A stretch of DNA of 64,000 nucleotides from Octopus bimaculoides (lineage: Eukaryota), in contig NC_068990.1 of NCBI RefSeq assembly GCF_001194135.2, positions 93,921,288 to 93,985,287 on the forward strand. Reading direction: 5' to 3'. Both the position numbers and the translations under genes were made by a program. The stretch's first letter is position 1, and every line of letters begins with the position of its first letter. The notes under the pieces were generated by a model. That model worked only from the letters and a program-made list of their open reading frames with translations, was not told the origin of the DNA and made no database searches. Shown piece after piece: positions 1-10,830 of the stretch.

Positions 1-202
1 ACTCAGCGTCGCCCATTGGTGGATTCAAGGATCCACCAAATGCAATATTGACATTAAAACCAAGTCCATCATCAGCGCCACACTCGTCAGGGGATCCAGT
101 CCCTGGGAAAAAATTACCTTCATCATGCCGATGTATTGATATGTACAAGACACTGGGATCATTATAGAACATCTGCTGTGTGGCATTACCATGATGAACG
201 TC
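1..202 (-). CDS. HDAC4: HDAC domain exon, cut by window edge: [67 protein letters not shown]
   Basis: Catalytic zinc ligands D and H of DVHH; FFPGTG and PPMGDAE match HDAC4. Acceptor ttttcag|. The supplied ORF track reads this exon in a different frame. Confidence 0.97.
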
Positions 203-366
203 CTGAAAAGAAAAAAATTTTTTAAAAGAAAAATCAAATGGAATATTGGATGACATAAATACGGAATTGGATAAGATGGCTGCTTTCTTCTCAATTACAA
301 CTTCTGTTCTTTCTCATCTCAATAATTAAATCTCATGCTTCATTACTCATTATAATACGTATCACG

Positions 367-530
367 CAGGCATGACTGCATGGTTATGAAGTTTGCCATG
401 GAACCATGTGGTTATGGGTTCAAACTCACTGCTTGAGCATCGTTGGGTAATGTTCTGTAAGAGGCTTGTAGGTGGACCAATTCTTTGTGAGTGAAACTGG
501 AAGACAGAACTGAAGAAGCACGATGTATAT
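367..530 (+). mobile_element. tRNA-headed SINE family A copy
   Basis: gcaggcatgactgcatggtta...ccatgtggttatgggttcaaact...tgtgagtgaaactggaagacag; same family as the copies at 47760 and 15015. Confidence 0.65.
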
Positions 531-1556
531 ACATGTGTAAGTTTGTGTAAATGATTTCATAAATCTCCTGTCTTTCTGTGTGTTCACTAACAATAGGCAG
601 AAGAGCCACACCATCAACACAGGAAGTCAACCATGAAAACACAACCAGGCTTTTGTACAAGCTTTGTAAACAAAAAGGCTCGTAACCAAGTTTGGGCTGT
701 TTGTTATTTGACAGACTATGGCATTATTACCTCCCTTGGAAACCAAGGCATCCAACCAGTGAATATTTGTCTCCACGAATTTTGCTTGATCCATACACTG
801 AACATTGTTTCAAATTTTGGCACAGGGCCAGAAATACAGGAAGAGGGGATTAGTTGATTACACTGATCCCAGTGCTCAACTGGTCCTTATTTTATCAACT
901 CTGAAAGGAGGACAAAAGGCAAAGAGGACATCAGTGAGATTTTGGAAGAAGAAATGCCACCAAGCTAATGGTTCCGTCAGCTCCCCATCTTCATACCTGA
1001 TAATATTTGAAAACTTAGTTTGATGAAGAAGGAACAAACGGTGGGGCGGGGGGGGAGGGGGTTATTACAATTCGATGATTCCTGAAGTCTGGAAAACATT
1101 AATTCTCATGAAAGAAACAAGGAGAAGTCTGCAGTCAAGAATGTCTCTTCTAACACCAAACAACTATCAAAAGATGGTTTTTTGTCTTTTTACTTGTTCC
1201 AGTCACTGGATTATGGCCATGAGAGGGCAGCACTTGGAATGGTTTACTTGATCTGGTATTTAGTCTATTGTTCCCTCTGGCTGAACTGCTAAGTTATGGG
1301 TATGTAAACAAACAAACACCAGTTATGAAACAGGGGAGCAGGGTGAGATAAACATGTACACAGAGATTCCCACATGGATACAACAGGTTCCCACACAGTT
1401 TTGCCTGCCACATTCACTCAGCTGCAGTTGGCCCCTGGGTTGTAGCAGAAGACATTCGTCCAAGGTGCTGCATGGTAGGATTCTACTGAAACCCACACAA
1501 CCGATGCCAGTACCTATAAAAGAAACTATTCGATACACGTTATTATGTTCACGTAC

Positions 1557-1644
1557 CCAATCTAGAATGAGGATTTTCTCCACCTTCATTTTCTCCCGTA
1601 GTTGTTTGGCCGCAATAGCAATAGAGTTAAAATAACAGAAACCC
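1557..1644 (-). CDS. HDAC4: HDAC domain exon: (M)[29 protein letters not shown]
   Basis: [12 protein letters not shown] motif. Acceptor ctgcag|, donor |GTACGT, phase 2 to 0. Confidence 0.97.
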
Positions 1645-1766
1645 CTGCAGGAATAGACGAAAAAAAGAAGAAAAAAAAAACAAAATAGGACAAACATTAA
1701 AACATTATTGTATAATTAAACCAAGTAATTATATAGAACTGCATTAATGAATTTCTAAGATTATAA

Positions 1767-1799
<33 letters not shown>

Positions 1800-1866
1800 C
1801 GTGGAAAGGGAAAAAGTTACAGCATGAGTTTTTTCAACAGGATGTTATACTGTAGACGTTACTTAC

Positions 1867-1922
1867 ATAGCTTGTTGTGCTTCTGCATGATGACCTGGGG
1901 GTCGGACAACTGCCATGCCATT
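1867..1922 (-). CDS. HDAC4: HDAC domain exon: NGMAVVRPPGHHAEAQQA(M)
   Basis: RPPGHHA active-site His pair (human H802/H803). Acceptor aacag|, donor |GTAAGT, phase 0 to 2. Confidence 0.97.
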
Positions 1923-3484
1923 CTGTTGAGATAAAACATTAACTTAGATGTAAACACAACTGAAAATGATTACAATAAATAGCAAACCATGGTTCAATCG
2001 GAATGATAAGATGGAGGAGAAGGTGAAGAGGAGAAATATGATGAGGTGGAAAACAGGGATGAAGAAGAACTGGTGTCAGCATCACTGCTGCCAACACCAT
2101 TTCACATCTGCTTTGCCATGGTGCCAAACATTGGGTAGATATCTGTTTCGTTGATCCTCTCCCTTCTTATCTATGAAACCCAACCAACATTTGACCATTT
2201 CTTCTTCTCTATCCTTCTTAGTCTTTCTCTGCCAGGAGAAGATTCTACTGTTAGCACCTTTCTTTCTGGTCAGTGGCATTCATTTACATCCCACATCCGC
2301 ACCAGCACATACTTCTCTATTACAGATATTGGGTGAGACTGTGACACTGTTCTTTTCTGCTTAGATGATCTCACGCAAGAAGCAGGAATGACAGATGGAA
2401 ACTGTAGGGAAGCCTGCCATGTACATGTGTACACACACACACGTACATATAACAGGCTTCCATAAAGTTTCCATCAAGCAATTCCATTTAGTCAGCCTGA
2501 CTCAAAAGTAGAAGACTCTTGACCAAGGTGTCCATGAGTAGGACTGAACCTAAGTCCATACGGCTGAGAGGCAAGTGTTTAACCGCCCCCCCCCCATCTG
2601 TTAGCTTTCCAATAAATCATTCACAACTCACTTCTCTCTTCAGTTTTCTCAGAAGCACAATGTTATGATAAAACAAAATATAGACTAGGACGAATCATCA
2701 TCATCATCATCATCATCCTCCTCATCCTCATCCTCATCATCATCCGCACTCCATGCTTGCAGGGGTTGGATAGTCTGACAGGATCTGATGTGTCTAAGGA
2801 CTGCATCGTGCTCCAATGTCCGTTTTGTCAAAGTTTCTAAGGCTGGACGGCCTCCTCAACCCCTCCAACTAGTTCTTTTTCTAGTCTGGACTAGGGGCCC
2901 TTTTTTTCTTTACATGGCCCCTGCATTATAGTGGTTACTATGCAGTTCACAGGACTATGAACACTGGTGCGGGGGGNNNNNNNNNNNNNNNNNNNNNNNN
3001 NNNNNNGGGGGGGGGGGCAGTGCTGAGGTCAGCATTGGTTCTTGTAGAGGAATCAAGTAGGGGAGAGGGGGAGAGAGAGAGAGAGACTGACCAGCAGGAA
3101 CTGAGATAATGGTGGTGAGGTGCTCAGGTGGCCCTTAAGGGCAGAAGCTGAGTAGAAATGGGGTGGGTTGTTTGCAAGATTGTGGGAAGGAGAGTGAGGA
3201 GGGGGGAAGGCAGACTGCCAGAATGGGTTCGGGTTGAAGGATGGATGAAGAGAGACCGATGAGCTGGAAAAGATAGAAGGATGGAGAGAGAGCAGGGGTA
3301 GAGAGTAAAGATGATACAAGTTGCCAGGTGGGTGTGTGAGAGAGAGAGAAAGAGGTGACATGATTGGGTAGCCTGTAGGAGCTGGGGTGGGTAGGTGGAA
3401 GAGGCAGGCATAATGCATGAGGTGAGAGCAGCACTGTAACATGAGCAGGGAGGAGCACCATATCACCAAGGAGGGAAAATCTTT

Positions 3485-3860
3485 TTGAGGGCATCCTATC
3501 ACCAGAGATCCCTTTCCTTTGTCATCTTCACCAGGCTCAGAATCCTGAGGTCAGTCTTCACCATTTTACTCCATGTTTTCCTGGATCTCCTGCTCTTGCA
3601 AGTTCCAGCACAAACTTCTTTCTTGAACGCAACATCGGATTCCTCTCATGCTATTTCCCTGAACGTATCCTTCCCTACTTACCGAAACCTCTCTTTGCCA
3701 GGCTTACCCAAGGCCTCTCAATTCAAGGCTTAGCTTCCATGCCTGGAATTTCTTCTCTAATTCCCAGATAGATTCAATTATGAGAACAAGATCATCAGCA
3801 CCCCAGAGAGAACCAGTCTTAAACTCCTTGGTAACAGTTTGTAGGATTGGATTATGATGA
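3485..3860 (-). mobile_element. RTE-clade LINE fragment, internally deleted
   Basis: Minus strand reads LWGADDLVLI..LEKKFQAWKLSLELRGL, then RSRKTWSKMVKTDLRILSL..MTKERDLW, homologous to the 10,390 ORF. Confidence 0.8.
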
Positions 3861-4005
3861 CTAAGAACAGGAGGGGGAGGGGGAGGACTGAACCAACCAA
3901 AGAAGAATACAACCAGAAAATACAAGCAACATAAGAATATAACGTGAGTGGATTTGGTAAGAGAAGAATATTATTTAATATAAATTAAAAAAGCAATCAT
4001 TTTAC

Positions 4006-4059
4006 CTTTAATTCACCTGAAGCAACTTTAAATGCCAGTTCTATCACACAGCCTGCAGC
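4006..4059 (-). CDS. HDAC4: HDAC domain exon: AAGCVIELAFKVASGELK
   Basis: Matches human AVGCVVELVFKVATGELK. Acceptor tttcag|, donor |GTAAAA, 54 nt, phase 0 to 0. Confidence 0.96.
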
Positions 4060-4854
4060 CTGAAATATATAATGAACTCCTGTTATAACATTAAACTATT
4101 GGGTTGAATCAGAAATAATACCTGGTTTTTGGAAATAAATTCTAATGAAGCATTTTGTGGAAATGACTGTTTTTAAAAGAGCCTCATCTGTCGTCCGTAT
4201 TTAAGCAGTGAAAGTGTGCACATCATTGTTTCAAATTCTTACATAATCATCTATTGTAATGTATGAATCATCCATTATAATTTGAAGATAGCAAACGGGT
4301 AAATTTACATGTATTACAATACATGCATACAGAAGAACACCCTCAGTCATTGCCATACCATCATTTTAGTGTCCATTTCCCTCCACACTTATTTTGATGT
4401 AGATGACAATTAAGGAAGCACTTCTACAGCTGGATGCTTTCCCTGTCATCAACCTTCACTTGCTTTTCAAATTAGGTTTCTTTCGTTTCACTGGTCTGCA
4501 CACATTTGCTAAACTACAGGATACTTGTTCATTGGAAAAATGTAAATGATGTCACTGCTTTTTATTCAATGTTAATGAGAACATGTGGAGTTTGATACTG
4601 ACACACACACACATGATGGACATCCATACAGTTTCTGCTGACCGATTTCCCTCACACAAAATGTTGGTCAACCTGAGGCTATTGTAGAAAACACTTGCCG
4701 AAGATGCTGTTGTGAAACCCACTTCATAACCACACGGCTATGCCAGCACCCATTCACATCTGTATAATTCAAACGTTGAAGGAGAAGGTGGCAGTGTGCT
4801 GCAGAGCGAAACGAAAACCAAGAAAAGACACAAAACAAGCTGCTCCCTACTTAC

Positions 4855-4955
4855 CATGCGTGCAGCAGTGGTTGTATGAGATTCATTCCACACCGTATCA
4901 GAATCCACACCAATACCACCACAGCTGAGAATACAAAATCTCAGAGAAAGAGAAT
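4855..4955 (-). CDS. HDAC4: HDAC domain exon: (D)[33 protein letters not shown]
   Basis: [14 protein letters not shown] includes the fourth structural zinc Cys (human C751). Acceptor ccttcag|, donor |GTAAGT, phase 1 to 0. Confidence 0.96.
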
Positions 4956-5487
4956 CTGAAGGAAAATAAATAATGGAATAAATTGTCTTTTATATAACGA
5001 ATCAAAGAACAGACAAACTGTAAAGAAATTCAATATAATTTCATTGTGTTTATTTCTAATTCCAATCTATAAAAACTGTCAATGTTTAGCAACCTCTACA
5101 ATTGTTTTTCAACATCCTCGTTAATAAATGAAGTCTTTTTTTATAATTAACCCTTGTAGGAAGAGCAATGCTGTTGTATAGGCCCTTGCTGACTAGCAAG
5201 AACAATATAGTTCTATTCCGTTTAAATATCTGCATGGCAATGTCTGTAGAATGAGAAAAAATTACGAGAGAGTATTTCACAGGAGAGCAGTTCCAAGATG
5301 GAAGAAATGTTCAAAGTATTTGTTCTTTGGTGGAATTTGGTGGAGCGAGAAGAATGGCATTTTCAGGATAATGAAAGGAAGAGAGAAAGAAAAGTGTTGG
5401 CAGTGGGTTGAGGAGTGTTTTGGGCTGGAAATTGAAACCTCTCCACTCAGCTAGCAAGGTTTTGTTAGCCTTTTGTTAAACAATGAA

Positions 5488-5690
5488 GGCAAGTGGCCTT
5501 GTGGTTGGTGTTGCGATCATGATTGCAAGATCATGGGTTCAATTCCCAGACCAGGTAGTGTGTTGTGTTCTGGAGCATTTCCCACTGCTCCAGTTCACTC
5601 AGCTGTAAATGAGTGGACTTGTGATGGAATGGTATCCTGTCGAGCAGGGAATATTGTGTCGTGAGGTAACTGGTCTCATAAGCCCTGGGA
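5488..5690 (+). mobile_element. tRNA-headed SINE, third family
   Basis: A-box-like gtggccttgtggtt, B-box-like gggttcaattccc, then ctccagttcactcagctgtaaatgagt core. Confidence 0.55.
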
Positions 5691-6016
5691 CATGATACAG
5701 AAATGTTCAGGTGTTGATTTCTTAAATATTATTTTGTTGATTAAAAAACAAAATTTTTTAAACGGTGGAGATTTCCAGAAAGAATCTTTCTCATATCAGG
5801 GAAATGGAGGATAAGTTGAAGAGGGAATAGTTTTGTTACTTAGGTGTTAGTGTAATGCATCCTCAGATTGAAGTAAAAATTAGCAAACTATGTTAATCGA
5901 ATGAGGACAGTACAGTTATCAGGTCCTGAAAAGTAAAATTCATTACAATAAGTTATGATTGAGAAATTGCTAAAATTCTGAAATAAATTTGAAGGAAAAG
6001 AATCATAAAAACTAAC

Positions 6017-6131
6017 CAATTAGTTTAGGGTCCATTTTCTGTCTTGGGTGATTTGTTCCATACAATAATGTGTAGACTTCTGTATGGCAACTCTGTAATT
6101 CTTCCAAAGTGGCTTTTCGCGTTTTCACACG
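6017..6131 (-). CDS. HDAC4: HDAC domain exon: [38 protein letters not shown](D)
   Basis: [10 protein letters not shown]...LLYGTN matches HDAC4. Acceptor ttatag|, donor |GTTAGT, phase 0 to 1. Confidence 0.97.
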
Positions 6132-6930
6132 CTATAAATAAATAACCAGATTGAGTGTAAAAGCATAACACAATGCATCTAAGAGAACCTGTTTGTTAAA
6201 CTAACACTTCCAATGTGGGAAGGAAGACGGCATTACTGAAACATTGTCCTTTGATGTCCACTTTGCCATTCTAGCAGAATTTGTTGAGGTAGCTTTTCTA
6301 TGGCCAAATTCCCTTCTTGTTGCTGACTCTCAACTTTGGAAACAAAATCAAAAGTATCCCAAATATATGAACTCATTTGTTTTGGGACAGGAAGTAGAAA
6401 GCCATTCAGCCACTCTGAAATTTTGGCCAGGCAACGTTGATAACTGCTTTATGAATTGGGGGCAATGGAGGAAAGTTTTCAAACTTTTTTGTGTATTTTT
6501 GGAAGGCCAAAAAATACAGGAGTTCTTGGCTCTGGCTGCAAAATCCTAGATTCAGTGTCATTTATGAAATTGTTCCCCTCCATTTCCAAAATTACTTGTC
6601 AAGTTCTTTCCTGTAATTGGAGTTTAGACTGACAAGCAACTCTTCATAAGTTTTATCATAAGGTGAAATATACTCATCTTAGTCTATCATTACAATAACA
6701 CCCTCACTATCTGCAATTTTAATAACAATAGAGTCATTGTTAGCTAAAATATTCATCCAGCCCCATGGTGTTGAGAACTCATTCTTCCAGTTTGTCACAA
6801 ATGTGTGTGTGTGTGTGTGTGTGTATTAAATACAAACCTAACATCAGAGTCTGAAGGCATTAGTTTCATTAGACTAGTAATGCCTGTACCAAATCAGTTA
6901 CAACAAATGCAGAAAAACAACAATTCCTAC

Positions 6931-7064
6931 CTCACATCGAGACACAAGACCTCTTTCTTGCAGACGAGACCAAATACTCTGCAAACGCCCTGCATGTTCA
7001 GGATGGGCAGAATTGTTACCACAGGAACATTGATGCTTTAACATTACAGTATCATAAGCCAGTC
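6931..7064 (-). CDS. HDAC4: HDAC domain exon: (G)[44 protein letters not shown]
   Basis: HQCxCG...HPEHAGR carries the class IIa structural zinc ligands (human C667, C669, H675). Acceptor cctag|, donor |GTAGGA. Confidence 0.97.
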
Positions 7065-7637
7065 CTAGGGTTAAAATAAAACAAAACTGTTCAATTGGGT
7101 TTCTAAATGGGAGGAAATGTTATGACAATTCAAAGAAAACACTAACTAGATCAGAATAACAAGTCTGTTATCTTAAATAATGATTTTTACAGAAAAAAGA
7201 ACACACACAGACTCTTGTTGTTTTGAATTAAGATTGTTTCTGTAGTTAATTGCAACACCAGTGATTTTTCACTCACTGTTTTACTATATCAGGAGTGGAT
7301 GATTTTGTGCAGGCATGCAGTCCTGGCAGACCTTTGCTACTGATGAAGCCCAAAGAGGCAAAAATTTAGCAATACCATCACTGCCATAGGATGAGTTTCT
7401 TCTGCTACTGATATATTTCTGTGTTTTTCAACACCACACATCCTATGCTTTTTCAAGATGGATATCACAGTTTACAAGGCTTTCAACAAAGTACTGCTTT
7501 AAGTATGATACACAAAGTGATATACTTATATATATATATCAATATATATATACTTATATATATATATATCTCAATATATCAAACAGCTGTATAACTATAT
7601 ATTTTGAAGTAAAGAAGAATAGAAGAGGCAGTGTAAC

Positions 7638-7905
7638 CTGTAGTGAATGTATAGCGCACAGGGCCCGTATCCTGGGGTTGTTGTGGAGGCATTGAGAAAG
7701 TAACCAGCGGACTGGACTGAGTGCGGGACAAAGGACGGTGATGTGATGTTCTGTGTCGCATTTTAAGTAAGTCTCTCTGTTGACCAACGAAAGATTCCCG
7801 TTCCCGATTGTTTTGTTTGTCTGGTTCACTGCTCTGCTCATCCATTTTAGAATCTTTGATAACAACGACATCACCATCATCAGGGTCTCGACAATCTTTC
7901 ATTTC
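7638..7905 (-). CDS. HDAC4: Class IIa HDAC exon with third 14-3-3 site: EMKDCRDPDD...HHRPLSRTQSSPLVTFSMPPQQPQDTGPVRYTFTT(G)
   Basis: HRPLSRTQSSP matches human S632 (HRPLSRAQSSP) and FTTG starts the deacetylase domain. Long pyrimidine tract plus ccag| acceptor; donor |GTTACA; phase 0 to 1. Confidence 0.93.
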
Positions 7906-8572
7906 CTGGTGGATAGCAAGGAGAAAACAGATATAAAGAAATACCTGACCCCTTTCAGTGGGTAAATGATGCAAAGAAACTTCTTTGGAAAACAAATGAA
8001 ACAATAAAAAAAAGACATGCACCAAGAACTGGGTGGAGATGCAAGGAATGTGGTAGAGTTAGCTTTATATTAACTTTAATTATTACAAGAAAGTTTAGTG
8101 TAGCAACCATTAAATGATGCAGTAGTAGTAGTAGGATGGAATCATAGCAGTTCTGAGTGAAGTAACATGTACACGTTTTGTAGGTTCTAGTGTAAAAAGA
8201 AAAAAGGGGAGAGATCAGAGGTTAATATAAAACTGTTGGCTAATCAAATGACACGAGGAATATTTTCAAAAATATGCAAAAAGATAATCAAAAGTTTGAA
8301 GAAGAGAAAGAAGGTTCCAATGCTGGACTTGAAAAGATTCGCTTTTTTTTTTTTTTTACAGAAAGAGATAACATTAGTAAGTTAGAAAATGATGAGTCTT
8401 TATATGTAATTTGAATATAGACAGAAGATCAAGAGAAACGGCAGGGTGAGGAAAGAGCAACAGAGTCTCAAAGAGTGCAAGAAAACAAACTTCCAAATTC
8501 AAAATATATGAATCTGAATCCTCAAGAAGAACTGGTATGCAGTTTTCATGAAAATGGTTTTATAATTTTTAA

Positions 8573-8793
8573 CCCTTTAGCATTCAGATTCCCTGTCAAA
8601 TGCAATGCTTATTTAGTCTCACGGTTTTGAATTAATCATGCATTATCTTGTAGTTTTGAGATTTTGATAATGTGATTGTGTATTTTTCAAAATGACATTG
8701 TAGGGTAAGTGTGAGAGGTTAGATCTAGCTGGTGTGAATATAAAACAGGTAGAATATTTGAACTGGATAGGAATGGACTAAGTACTAAAAGGG
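8573..8793. mobile_element. TTAA-flanked MITE (piggyBac-like ends)
   Basis: TTAA|CCCTTTAG ... CTAAAAGGG|TTCA, about 220 bp and non-coding. Confidence 0.7.
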
Positions 8794-8880
8794 TTCATTT
8801 GTACAGAAACTTATGTCAATAACAAAAAGAAAAGAAAAATGAAATCAAACAACTGCAACCAGATTTGGTGATTTAAAAGG

Positions 8881-8942
8881 AAACCAGAAAGCCCTTAATG
8901 ACAGAAGAAAGAAACCAGAAAGCCCTTAATGACAGAAGAAAG
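8881..8942. repeat. Perfect 31-bp tandem duplication
   Basis: aaaccagaaagcccttaatgacagaagaaag occurs twice in a row. Confidence 0.95.
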
Positions 8943-9844
8943 AAACGGCGCTCATCGTTCACTTAGAGCAATGGTTCTTAAACATTTATAGTTCAGAAAC
9001 CAGTCTTATAAAATGGCATTTAACAACTCCCTTTTTTCCCCTGTTTATTATCCTGTGCAGTATGAATGCCTCTTTTTAGACATCTACAGATATAAATGGT
9101 CCCTAAAATTTTTATAGAAATTAATTAAACACTTCCAATAAAATGAAATCATTATTGGACTTTGGCACATCATCAGACATGTTTCTGCTCACTGATAAAA
9201 ATCTATATCTGCTTCATTTTCTGAAATTTTTGCTTTAAAATGTATATTGTGCCTAATTAAAATATTTTATTTCTAAGAGGAACCAGAAGTCCCTTTATCA
9301 TGACATTGATGTTTTCCACTCCCTTGTAGGTTCTCCATTTCTGTTACCACACTGCAATGCCACAATACTGAGGTGGATATGGCAGAGATCTTTGGTTGTC
9401 TGATAACCAGAATATTCCTCTCATCAATGCCGGTATTATGTGGAGGAGAGTTCAGACATTAAGTTGGGTGAGTCACAAGTAGAGTTTTCTTGGAAGGCTC
9501 AGAGAGACCCAACAAAATACCTGCAAAGGTAGATATATGCACTCACTATTATAGCGTTAAAGATCAAAGGACCTCCTACACCAAGTCTGCCACCACATCG
9601 CTAAACCATTTCACCAAACATTTCTGACGATATCATTGTCCACTTCTCCATGCTTGCATGGGTCAGAGAGAATTTATTGAGGCAGATTTTCTATGACTGG
9701 AAACCTTTGCTGTTGCCAAACTTCACCTATTTCCAGCTAAAATAATGTCTCATGGCCAGACATGTTTTCCATGGAAGACTGGAAATAAGCAACATCACTT
9801 ATATGACTGTGATGTCAAGACAAGGGTACACACACATATATATA

Positions 9845-10002
9845 TAAGATTCTTTCAGTTTCCATCTACCAAATCCACTCACAAAGCTTTGGTCAACCTA
9901 GAGCTATAGTAGGAGATATTTACCCAAGCTGCCGTGCAGTGGGATTGAGCCTGAGACCACATGGTTAGGAAGCAAGCTTCTTAACTACACAGCCATGCTT
10001 GT
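9845..10002 (-). mobile_element. SINE family A copy, left arm of a fold-back
   Basis: ctttcagtttccatctaccaaatccactcacaaagc...cagtgggattgagcc..accacatggttaggaagcaagcttc. Confidence 0.85.
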
Positions 10003-10191
10003 ACCTATATGCCATGCTATATATACAGCATGGTATATAGGTGTGGTTAACAAGCTTGCTTCCTAACCATGTGTTCTCAGGCTCAATCCCACTGCACGGC
10101 ACCTTGGGCAAGGGTAAATGTATCCTGCTATAGCTCCATATCAACCAAGAGAATGGAGAAAATTTAGAGAGCTTTTACCTCTGCATCAAAA

Positions 10192-10228
<37 letters not shown>

Positions 10229-10380
10229 ATGAAAGGAAGATTGTATGATGCATGTACATGAACAGCAATTCTACACAGTAGTGGGACATGGGCCCTGAAT
10301 ACAGGACATGCGAAGGCTGGAGAGGAATGAAGGTAGTGGATGCTGGATGTGCAATGCCAGTGTACATGAGCAACAAAGTG

Positions 10381-10830
10381 CTAGGGTAATTGAGGGAAAA
10401 GGTAGACACAAGAGGAATTAGATGCAGTGTGCAAAAGAGGAGACTGCACTGGTTTGGTCATATGATGCAGATGGATGTCGACAGTTGCATACAGAAGTGC
10501 CGATCATTCAAAGTGGATGGAACTTGTGGAAGAGGGAGACTGAGGAAGACATGGGACAAAGTATTCAAGGCTGATCTCAAGACACTGAGCCTTATGGAGG
10601 AGATGACTAAGGAACAAGATCTCTGGCCCATGGCTGCACTCAACGAGACCCTCCTGCCACAGCAGAATTGATACCAGTGCTGGTGCCATGTTAAAAGCAC
10701 CCAGAACACTCTATGGAGTGGTTGGTGTTATGAAGGGCGCCCAGCCATAGAAGCCATGCCAGAACAGACAAGGGAGCCTGGTGTGACCCCTAGCCTTACC
10801 AGCTCCAGTCAACCCATGCCATATGATGAT
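10381..10830 (+). mobile_element. RTE-clade LINE 3' fragment (ORF end and 3' UTR)
   Basis: RRLHWFGHMMQMD..CIQKC..GRGRLRKTW..DL..W motif, then the aaaagcacccag/gagtggttgg UTR and a (GAT)n tail. Confidence 0.88.

Noticed and set aside
25-294. ORF-track 89-aa minus-strand ORF over the last exon
   Set aside because: Wrong frame; the true reading is DVHHGN... from the acceptor at 202.
2971-3016. Poly-G runs flanking small gaps (also near 44224 and 54764) as G-quadruplex elements
   Set aside because: True length is unknown because of the gaps, and poly-G is a common cause of sequencing dropout.
4855-4924. Internal ctcag| acceptor before CTGTGGT
   Set aside because: Out of phase with the upstream exon; the acceptor at 4955 joins in frame.
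5086-5280. Possible extra exon (DIAMQIFKRNRT...) with a good-looking acceptor
   Set aside because: No convincing donor, no HDAC similarity, and the flanking exons already join in frame.
5488-5560. tRNA-like A/B boxes here and in other SINE heads
   Set aside because: No cloverleaf, and each continues into a SINE body; not tRNA genes.
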